Shown here piece by piece: positions 1 through 7,030 of a DNA stretch of 26,615 nucleotides (positions are counted from its first letter, which is position 1; every line of letters starts with the position of its first letter). Below the pieces are notes generated by a model. That model did no database searches. It was given only the letters and a program-made list of their open reading frames with translations, and was not told where the DNA came from. The translations under genes were made by a program, and so were the position numbers. This DNA is from Planctomycetota bacterium (lineage in GTDB: Bacteria; Planctomycetota; GCA-002687715; DRQF01), in assembly GCA_027001995.1 (NCBI GenBank), contig JALTLO010000186.1, positions 1 through 26,615 on the forward strand. Reading direction: 5' to 3'.

Positions 1-1
1 G

Positions 2-1984
2 TTCCTCTGTTTGTTCATTGGACTCATTCCCTTTAACAACATCTTTCCTCGGTTCGCCGGGGTGATGGCAGATCGTTACCTTTATGTATCCTTGATGGGA
101 CTGGGAATTTTCTGCGCTGGAATCGGCCTTCGATTCCAACAGGGGATGGCAAGACAAGTTTTTTCCGCCTTCCTCTTGGTGTTCGTTTTCGGTTTGGCCT
201 TCTTGTCGAATCGGCGTTCTGAAGTTTGGCGAGACAGTGAGACACTTTGGTTGGATGCCATGGATTCAGCGCCCCAGGCTATTCTCCCTTATCTTCAATT
301 GGGTCAGGTCTATGAAGAAAGGGCTCAGGGAGAATCGCTGACGAAAGCGAATTCACTTCTTGATGAAGCGGCAGTTTTGTTCGCCAAGGCCACGAGCCTG
401 GGGAAAACGCCTCGGGAGAAATCTCAGGCTCTGATCAAGTTGGCGTCTTTGGAAGCGCGGCGGGGGCGTTATCAAAGTGCCTTAGATGCCTTCAAACGCT
501 TAGATCAAGAGCTGCCCCCAAACTTGTCGAAAGCTGAGATCGAAGAGTTGGACCATGGGGCTGTCACCCGTGCATCTGCCCTGGCCGGTTTGGGCCGTTT
601 TGAGGACGCTCTCAAAGTTCTCGAGGGAGTGGGGGTTAAGTCACCTGCTGATCGGGAGGCTAGGCACAACCGTGCTGTGGTCAAGATTTTGATGGCCGAC
701 AAAATGCTACGAAGTGCCCACAGCGACGCTGGCCGACAAGCAGCTGTTGATGCCTATAATCAAGGGCTGTTGGCCTATCGGGCGATTGTTGAGTTGTGGC
801 CAGACTATGAAGTGGCTCGGCACGACTATCTGAACGCTTACATCCCAGCTATTTGGCTGAAGGATTATCACATCGACATCACCAAAATGGCCAATGCCTT
901 GGTGCGTGATTTTCCGAAATCTGGCCGTGCCTATTACTTGCGGGCCCGTGTCCTGAAAGAGGTGGATCCAGAAGGAGCTTTGCGTGACCTGAAGACCAGC
1001 GTTCAGCTCGATCCCTACCGAGAAGAGCCTTACTTGTTGGTTGTTCAATTGCTCCGCAGCACCGGAAAGAACAAGGAGGCCAAGCTTGTTATTGACAAGG
1101 GGTTGGCATCACTTCCTGACTCAAGTCGATTGAAGTCGGCGCTCTGCGAAACCTATGTTTCCTTCGGCTACCACCATAAGAACACCCAGCGCCTTGACTA
1201 TGGGGCGGAGGCCGCGGCTAGGGCGCGGGCCATTCAACCAAATTCAATCTCTGCTTGGCAACTCACGGCGGAGGTTATCCAGGAGCAAGCGGAAGTTGCC
1301 CGCAGCCCGTCGGAGAAAAAGCGACTGTGGAACCAAGCCAACAAAGCGTTCTTGAAATTGGAAGAATTGGATCCAGGGAACACCGTGGCTTTGTTGGGGC
1401 GTGCACGCTATCACCGCATCAAAGGGTATGCTTATCTTTACACCAACTTGCCGAAGAACATTGCCAAAGATGTGCGCAAACGTCAGCGCCAAGAGATTCG
1501 CCGACAAGCTATGGAGGAGTTTCTGGTGGCGACAAGGCTGGCCCCCAGTGCAGAGGACTTGCGGGAAGTGAAAGTCTTGCTGGATGCCTATGCGTCTGAG
1601 TTCCGTGGCCGGGCGGAAGACTTGCTGCAAATCAATGATGTCCCCAGGGCATCGGTGGAGATCGAAAAGGCCATTCACTTCGCTCCCAACTCTGCGGAGA
1701 ATCAAAGCACTTTGGCGCGCATCCTCTTGAGCTCTCTCCGTTTCGACGAAGCGGAGGAGGCGTATGAGGCTTGCTTGGGTTTTGAGCCTGAGAACCTACG
1801 GGCGCTTTTCGAGTTGGGGAAGTTACGATTTGATCGTCGAAGATTCGCTCAAGCGCTGTCGCCTCTGAAAAAGTTCCTCAAGGTCACCACCGGAAACAAG
1901 AGCCCTGCTCTTGCGGACATTCGTAAGGCTGCCATGGCGCTGATCGAGACCTGCGAAAAGAAATCAAAGAAGAAGGATACTTAA
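2..1984 (+). CDS. 5'-truncated membrane protein with long TPR C-terminus (TMTC-like / GT-C-type putative protein O-glycosyltransferase)
   Basis: The frame is open from the window edge. 'LIPFNNIFP...MADRYLYVSLMG...TM...RRSEVWRDSETLW..A....P' matches the last membrane segments of bacterial TMTC-like proteins, followed by many TPR-like helices. The TAA stop overlaps the rsmE ATG (TAATG). Confidence 0.75.
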   Translation, partial: FLCLFIGLIPFNNIFPRFAGVMADRYLYVSLMGLGIFCAGIGLRFQQGMARQVFSAFLLVFVFGLAFLSNRRSEVWRDSETLWLDAMDSAPQAILPYLQLGQVYEERAQGESLTKANSLLDEAAVLFAKATSLGKTPREKSQALIKLASLEARRGRYQSALDAFKRLDQELPPNLSKAEIEELDHGAVTRASALAGLGRFEDALKVLEGVGVKSPADREARHNRAVVKILMADKMLRSAHSDAGRQAAVDAYNQGLLAYRAIVELWPDYEVARHDYLNAYIPAIWLKDYHIDITKMANALVRDFPKSGRAYYLRARVLKEVDPEGALRDLKTSVQLDPYREEPYLLVVQLLRSTGKNKEAKLVIDKGLASLPDSSRLKSALCETYVSFGYHHKNTQRLDYGAEAAARARAIQPNSISAWQLTAEVIQEQAEVARSPSEKKRLWNQANKAFLKLEELDPGNTVALLGRARYHRIKGYAYLYTNLPKNIAKDVRKRQRQEIRRQAMEEFLVATRLAPSAEDLREVKVLLDAYASEFRGRAEDLLQINDVPRASVEIEKAIHFAPNSAENQSTLARILLSSLRFDEAEEAYEACLGFEPENLRALFELGKLRFDRRRFAQALSPLKKFLKVTTGNKSPALADIRKAAMALIETCEKKSKKKDT

Positions 1985-2730
1985 TGAGCCTCGAAAGATT
2001 CTATCTTGATGGGACACTTGCTCCCCTCGGTGCTATGGTTTCCATTGATGGGTCGGAGGCTCTCCATATGCTGCGTGTCATGCGTAAGAGCGAGGGGGAT
2101 GAAGTCACGCTCTTTGACGGTCATGGGCATGAGGTAAGGGCTCTGATTGAAACCTGCGATCGACGCAGCGCCAAGCTCAAGATTACCAAACTCGTGGAAT
2201 CTCAGCCCCATGAACAATGCGTCTTGGAGTTGGCGGTTGGTCTTCCCCGAGGTGGTGAAGCGGTCGACTTGGTACGGCGTGCCATTGAAGCTGGAGCTGA
2301 TATTGTTCGTCCTCTTGTTTCCCAGCGTTGTGTCCATCGGCCAGACAAGAAGAAAGAAGAAAAACGAAAGGATCGTTTTCGCCAAGCGGCGATCACGGCC
2401 TTGAAACAATGCAACCGCAATAATATGCCCGGATTTCCCTCTCCCACAAAGTTGCGAAAGCTCGTCCTGGGAGAAGGACAAATTGGCGTCTTTGGTTCGA
2501 CAAAAGAGGGTCTCAGTATGCGGACCTTCGAGAAGACCATGGGAGGAGTTCCCAAGAAAATGATGGTCGTGGTCGGGCCAGAGGGTGGATTCACGGACGA
2601 TGAGGAAGAGTTCTTGCGCGCTGCTGGTTTTCATGGTTTGACCATGGGGAAGCACGTCTTAAGGGTAGAAACCGCGGCGGTGGCCATGTTGAGTTTCTTC
2701 TCTTCGGCGGCTCCTGGGGAATTGGCTTAG
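1984..2730 (+). CDS. rsmE: 16S rRNA m3U1498 methyltransferase RsmE
   Basis: Motifs 'HMLRVMR..GDEVTLFDG', 'KQCNR', 'VVVGPEGGFT..E' and 'GKHVLRVETAA' are diagnostic of the RsmE SPOUT family; 248 aa. Confidence 0.95.
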   Translation: MSLERFYLDGTLAPLGAMVSIDGSEALHMLRVMRKSEGDEVTLFDGHGHEVRALIETCDRRSAKLKITKLVESQPHEQCVLELAVGLPRGGEAVDLVRRAIEAGADIVRPLVSQRCVHRPDKKKEEKRKDRFRQAAITALKQCNRNNMPGFPSPTKLRKLVLGEGQIGVFGSTKEGLSMRTFEKTMGGVPKKMMVVVGPEGGFTDDEEEFLRAAGFHGLTMGKHVLRVETAAVAMLSFFSSAAPGELA

Positions 2731-2844
2731 CTCGACCATTTTTCCCAACAGAATTCTTGATTCTTCCTTGGCGTCTTCTGTCCAAAGTTCGTTATCCCGG
2801 TCAAAGTCCTTGCTCAAATAGGAAAGGCCTCGCATCATAGGATT

Positions 2845-4818
2845 ATGTCAGTTCGATTCTCCTTAGAGCATGACGGGGTGACCCGTACTTTTGAATTGCG
2901 CAAGAGTGTGGTGACTTTTGGGCGCTCCCATAGCTGTACTGTTCCCATTGATGACCCCGCTTTGTCGCGAACCCACTGTCAGCTTGAAGTTGAAGGTGCG
3001 GGTTGCTTTGTGCGCGATCTCAATTCCCGCAATGGGACTATTGTTGATCTCGAACGCATTGACCGTTGCGAACTAAGAAGTGGTGTCGAGGTTGCCATTG
3101 GCAATACCCTTATTACTTTTTTGGGGCAAGGTGAGGTTGCCTCTTCGACTTCCTTACCATCAAAAACCAGACGATGGACAGAGCGACTGTTTTCCAAAGA
3201 GAAAATTCGCGGCCCCAAGGGTCAGTCAACGGCTGGCACCCAAGAGCTCAAACGTCTACGTCGTTTGCTTGAGATTAACCGCCAGATCGCCAGTGAAATT
3301 GAGCCCGAACGTGTGCTCTCCAATATCTTAGATGCAGCAGTTGAGTTTGTGGAAGCTGAGAGGGGTTTCCTCATGACTGTTGAAGATGACCAACTTTATA
3401 TTCCGGTGGCTCGCGACTTTTGGCGCAAGGACATTCAGGCCCCGGCATTTGAGGTCTCCCGTTCGATTGCCTTGGAAGTGGTTAAGCGCGGCAAAAGTGT
3501 CATCACCGAGGATGCTAGCGAAGATGGCCGGTTTGAGGAGATGGTCTCGGTCTACAATTTGAAAATTAGATCTGTTCTGTGTGTCCCCTTGGTCAATCAG
3601 CGCAGTGTTGTTGGTGCGATCTACTTGGACAATCGTTTTACGCGGGGAAGTTTTTCTCCGGATGACATGGAAGCCATTGAAGCCTTTGCTGACCAAGCTG
3701 CCATATCCTTGGTTAACAGTGGTATGATCGCCAAGGAAAGAGAAGTGTCTGCAGGATGGCGGGAAGAGGCTAAACGTCGTTTCGTTGAGCTTCAGTCGGC
3801 TCAGGACCAGCTCAGCCAATTAGACGAAATCACGGGTTTGCGAGGTGAGTTTCAGGCGATCGTTGGACGTTCCGAGTCTATTCGTGCTTGTTTGTCTGTG
3901 GTTGATCGGGTTGGCCCCAGTGATCTGGCTGTTCTGATCCGTGGGGAGAGCGGCACGGGGAAGGAACTGTTTGCTCGCTGCATTCACCAAAACAGTTTGC
4001 GTGCCGAAGGACCGTTTGTCGTCCTCAACTGCGGGGGCTTCCCGGACGGGCTTATCGAGTCCGAGTTGTTTGGCGCCGTGGCCGGTGCCTACAGTGGGCT
4101 TAAAGAATCGAAAGCTGGTCTGATTGAGGCTGCTCACGGTGGGACGCTGTTCTTGGACGAAATTGGCGACATGCCTGAACCCCAACAACGGACTCTCCTG
4201 CGGGTCTTAGAATCGGGCGAAGTACGGCGCCTCGGGGAGAGTCAACGGCTTAAGGTTGATGTCCGTATCATCTCGGCGACCCACCAGGATCTGGAGGCTC
4301 GGGTGGAAGAGGGGCTGTTTCGAGAGGATCTTTACTATCGTCTCAAAGGACTGGAACTCCGAGTGCCAGCTCTCAGAGATCGATCTGGAGACGTGGCCGC
4401 CTTGGTTCATCATTTTGCCAGCGAACAAGATATCCCATTCAGTTTCTCGGAGGAGGCCATGGAAGCCATGAGGGCTTACTCTTGGCCTGGGAATGTCCGG
4501 GAGTTACGCAATGAAATCTGCCGCTTGTCAGTCCTGGGCCGTTCCAACGTTGGGCTTCATGATCTTTCCGAGCCCATCCAGAATCCTCGGGTTGATCAAA
4601 TGCCTGGAGGCCTCAAAGGTTGTGTGGAGGCTCTGGAAAAGCAGTTGCTGTCCGCGGCTCTCAAGCAGTTTGACGGCAACAAGACCAAGGTCGCTGAGCT
4701 CTTGGGGTTGTCACGTCTGGGGCTACGCAAGAAGTTAGCCCGCTACGGAATGGGTTTCGATTCCCCCAAGAAAAGTCCCTCCGCAAGCAAGAAGAATCCC
4801 GAACCGAACGTTGAATGA
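2845..4818 (+). CDS. FHA-GAF-AAA+-HTH sigma54-interacting (Fis/NtrC-family) transcriptional regulator
   Basis: N-terminal FHA ([16 protein letters not shown]); GAF ([17 protein letters not shown]...D); Walker [15 protein letters not shown]; Walker [28 protein letters not shown]-terminal [17 protein letters not shown]. Confidence 0.93.
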   Translation: MSVRFSLEHDGVTRTFELRKSVVTFGRSHSCTVPIDDPALSRTHCQLEVEGAGCFVRDLNSRNGTIVDLERIDRCELRSGVEVAIGNTLITFLGQGEVASSTSLPSKTRRWTERLFSKEKIRGPKGQSTAGTQELKRLRRLLEINRQIASEIEPERVLSNILDAAVEFVEAERGFLMTVEDDQLYIPVARDFWRKDIQAPAFEVSRSIALEVVKRGKSVITEDASEDGRFEEMVSVYNLKIRSVLCVPLVNQRSVVGAIYLDNRFTRGSFSPDDMEAIEAFADQAAISLVNSGMIAKEREVSAGWREEAKRRFVELQSAQDQLSQLDEITGLRGEFQAIVGRSESIRACLSVVDRVGPSDLAVLIRGESGTGKELFARCIHQNSLRAEGPFVVLNCGGFPDGLIESELFGAVAGAYSGLKESKAGLIEAAHGGTLFLDEIGDMPEPQQRTLLRVLESGEVRRLGESQRLKVDVRIISATHQDLEARVEEGLFREDLYYRLKGLELRVPALRDRSGDVAALVHHFASEQDIPFSFSEEAMEAMRAYSWPGNVRELRNEICRLSVLGRSNVGLHDLSEPIQNPRVDQMPGGLKGCVEALEKQLLSAALKQFDGNKTKVAELLGLSRLGLRKKLARYGMGFDSPKKSPSASKKNPEPNVE

Positions 4819-5010
4819 TCTCGAATACGGTATCCGGTCAAGTTCGCCAGTTTTTCGGGTGAATCCGCACCTTGCAAATTCTGCCAAAGACTTGGACTAT
4901 TCGGTCCATGCAACATCTGATCAGAGAACTGGCGAATCCGAATGGTACCCAAGTCAATATTTTCCGGTCCACTCCCCAAAAAGATGACGTCTTCATGGTA
5001 GGAGTTCATT

Positions 5011-6075
5011 GTGAAACCAAACAACCATGATCGTTTTCTTCGTAACGTCTTCTCAACTCCGGCTCATGCTGCGGCGATGTTGGTGAAGTTCTTGGGCCGG
5101 CAATTCGCTTTAGACCATGACCTCTCCACATTGGAGCTCGTCCCTGGAAACTTCGTTGACTCGGGACATCTCAGGCACGAAGTGGACTTCCTTTTCAAAG
5201 TGAAGAAGTCTGGGGGCAAGTCTGTCTACATTTACCTCTTGGTGGAACACCAAAGTACGCCCTTCGCCATGATGCCTGTGAGGCTATTTCGATACGTATC
5301 CAGGATCTTCGAATCCTCGGATGCGGAAAATAGGTCCCCTCGCGATGTTCCGGAGGTCATTCCCGTGGTTCTTTACAATGGGCATCGGAAGTGGAATTCC
5401 CCCACCAAGCTCAGTGATTTCTATGACCGTGAGGACCCCAGCGAGTCTCTCGGTGATGCTGCGGTGGAGCTCAAGTACAGGTTGGTGGATTTGTCCAAGG
5501 TGTCTGACCAGCAGATTCGCCAGGAGGGTCCCGCCAATACCCATACCACCATCCTGGCCCTCCTATTTTTAAAACATATTTACGATGAGTACTTTGGTGC
5601 CTTGCTCAAGGAATGGGCTCACTACTTCGAGCAGGCTTACCGAGAAATCCAAGGAGAAAGCTTCTTGGAGAGCGCCACATATTATATTCTGGAGTCAACC
5701 GACGTAGCCCATGAGGAACTCATTGACTGTGTTGTTCCTTACACTGAACCGGAGGTGGAAACATTGATCAAAACAACAGGCCAAAAGCTCAGAGAAGAAG
5801 GTCGAATCCAAGGCCGCGCGGAAGGCCACATGGAAGGACGCAAGAAAGGCCTCATGGAAGGGCGCAAAGAGGGCCGTGCGAAAGGCCGCCAAGAAGGCCG
5901 CCAAGAAGGCCTTCAGGAAGCCACGGCTAAGGCCCTTCGAATCGTCCTGATCTCGCGCTTTTCTGAACTGACTGACGAGCAGAATCGTAAGATTGATGGC
6001 GCCAATCTCGATCAATTGACCAACTATTTGGAACGGGTTTCTGGGGCTAAAACAGTTGATGAAGCATTGCGATAA
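5011..6075 (+). CDS. Rpn family recombination-promoting nuclease / putative transposase (YhgA-like, PD-(D/E)XK)
   Basis: GTG start with AGGAG at 5000-5004. Motifs HDRFLR, 'VDFLFKV...YLLVEHQS', 'MPVRLFRY' and 'IPVVLYNG..W'. EGRxEG repeat tail and a DUF4351-like C-terminus (SRFSEL...IDGANLDQL). Confidence 0.92.
   Translation: MKPNNHDRFLRNVFSTPAHAAAMLVKFLGRQFALDHDLSTLELVPGNFVDSGHLRHEVDFLFKVKKSGGKSVYIYLLVEHQSTPFAMMPVRLFRYVSRIFESSDAENRSPRDVPEVIPVVLYNGHRKWNSPTKLSDFYDREDPSESLGDAAVELKYRLVDLSKVSDQQIRQEGPANTHTTILALLFLKHIYDEYFGALLKEWAHYFEQAYREIQGESFLESATYYILESTDVAHEELIDCVVPYTEPEVETLIKTTGQKLREEGRIQGRAEGHMEGRKKGLMEGRKEGRAKGRQEGRQEGLQEATAKALRIVLISRFSELTDEQNRKIDGANLDQLTNYLERVSGAKTVDEALR
5764..6075 (+). CDS. 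Putative intragenic small protein RpnS (103 aa), in frame with rpn
   Basis: GGAGGT at 5751-5756 lies 7 nt before an in-frame TTG at 5764 (LIKTTGQKLREEG). This is where Rpn proteins have their internal start (MTxAExLxxEG), just before the repeat tail. Confidence 0.55.
   Translation: MIKTTGQKLREEGRIQGRAEGHMEGRKKGLMEGRKEGRAKGRQEGRQEGLQEATAKALRIVLISRFSELTDEQNRKIDGANLDQLTNYLERVSGAKTVDEALR
5797..5916 (+). repeat. 12-bp-period coding repeat (10 x xGxx: EGRI QGRA EGHM EGRK KGLM EGRK EGRA KGRQ EGRQ EGLQ)
   Basis: Visible AAGG periodicity of 12 nt; exact copies aaggccgccaag-aaggccgccaag-aaggcc at 5882-5911. Confidence 0.9.
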
Positions 6076-6241
6076 TCGCAACCACCACTGCGCCGCCCAT
6101 CAATTCAAACATCGTTCCGAAGCCGAGTTCGTCGTTCAGCTTCATAACTCTCAAGAATAGGGCGTCCCCTGGTACGTGGTTGCCTGACATAGGATTCTCC
6201 TTTCTCGTTCACTATTGCGCTGCTCGGTCGTCGCTGTTTTT

Positions 6242-6421
6242 TTACAGCAACATGTCAAAGCCGATGGGCTGAAGTTTGGTCTGGAGCCCTTTGCTGTTGA
6301 GATACTGCGTCATCTGGTCTTGGTGAGCTTCCCCGCTATCCATGACGGTGTCGTCCGTGGCTTTAGCGCGATCGCCCAAGAGCACTTGTTCCGGAGAGTT
6401 GACGGCAATCTGCTTCTCAAC
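6242..6421 (-). pseudogene. hsdR: C-terminal remnant (~59 aa) of a type I restriction endonuclease R subunit
   Basis: VEKQIAVNSPEQVLLGDRAKATDDTVMDSGEAHQDQMTQYLNSKGLQTKLQPIGFDMLL* resembles, from memory, the HsdR C-terminal consensus 'QIANNsPEQAMLGDFxKAvDDAVMDSxEAHQNQMMQYL...VFDMLL'. No helicase part upstream. Confidence 0.65.
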
Positions 6422-6724
6422 TTTTTGGAGCAGGGGATCTTCTCGAACCTCCAACACGCACTCAAGTCGCTGAAGAATCGTGAATGGTGGACCCACCTCC
6501 CTCAATTGAGATCGTTTGAAGTCATCCTGGAGTCAATCAAGTTCCAGATGTATGCCGCTGTTTGGGATAAATTGGTCGCCTGCGTTCTCCTTTACCTTTG
6601 TCCAGAGTCCAAAACCCAATTCAGGGAGCCCAACGGCAAAGCGATCCGACCCTAGGTGCAGATTCTGCAAGAATGCCCCGGGGAACAAGCCAACTGGGGG
6701 ATTTCCACAAAACGTCACGACTTC

Positions 6725-6742
6725 GCTGTCGGTGGCGACAGC
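6725..6742. promoter_or_regulatory. Perfect palindrome GCTGTCG-N4-CGACAGC, candidate upstream activator site for a sigma54 activator
   Basis: 7-bp perfect inverted repeat with TGT...ACA half-sites, about 170-180 bp upstream of the -24 element. Confidence 0.45.
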
Positions 6743-6857
6743 TTGGGCTAACTATGTTGACTATCAAGTGAATCGATGGGGGGGGCATAGGGGATACTGG
6801 CAACTAAGTTTCCGCCCGCTCTTTGCTGGTTTACGTTGCTCACCAGGGCAGCAGCCT

Positions 6858-6882
6858 TAAGTGCTTTGTTTTGAGTCACTTA
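6858..6882. promoter_or_regulatory. TAAGTG-N13-CACTTA palindrome, IHF-like bending site candidate
   Basis: Two imperfect opposed matches to WATCAA-N4-TTR, located between the candidate UAS and the -24 box. Confidence 0.4.
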
Positions 6883-6907
6883 TGGCTCTTGCTCTTTTGA
6901 TGGCTGA

Positions 6908-6923
6908 TGGTATGTTCTTTGCA
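6908..6923 (+). promoter_or_regulatory. Sigma54 (RpoN) -24/-12 promoter
   Basis: TGGTAT-GTTCT-TTGCA: GG(6909-10)-N10-GC(6921-22), close to TGGCAC-N5-TTGCW; intergenic, ~110 nt before the ATG at 7031. Confidence 0.75.
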
Positions 6924-7030
6924 CTTCTCTTGGGGCCGGTCTTTCCCGGCCTATGTGCTGAGCCCTTTGCCCAGTACACATCCACCTAAAGATCATGGGA
7001 CCTACACTGGGGTCTCGGAATTATTGATTT

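Noticed and set aside
2810..2847. TTGCTC-N17-CATCAT sigma70-like promoter implying a leaderless mRNA for the regulator
   Set aside because: Both hexamers are weak matches that could arise by chance.
5797..5916. Periodic repeat as a possible CRISPR or non-coding tandem array
   Set aside because: It is an in-frame 12-bp coding repeat typical of Rpn tails, with no spacers. No CRISPR array was seen anywhere in the window.
5011..6075. rpn as an active IS element
   Set aside because: No terminal inverted repeats or target duplications found flanking it, and Rpn/YhgA proteins are not established transposases.
6215..6655. 146-aa + strand ORF
   Set aside because: TTG start without an RBS, no recognisable motifs, and antisense to the better-supported hsdR remnant.
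6605..6660. 'GGCAAAGC...CCTAG' resembling part of a c-di-GMP-I riboswitch
   Set aside because: The GNRA-capped stem and downstream pairing are missing, and it lies upstream of the predicted promoter.
6932..7012. Leader hairpins (GGCCGG-N6-CCGGCC; CCCAGT...ACTGGG) as a riboswitch
   Set aside because: No match to any riboswitch consensus I can recognise; may simply be a 5' stabilising hairpin.
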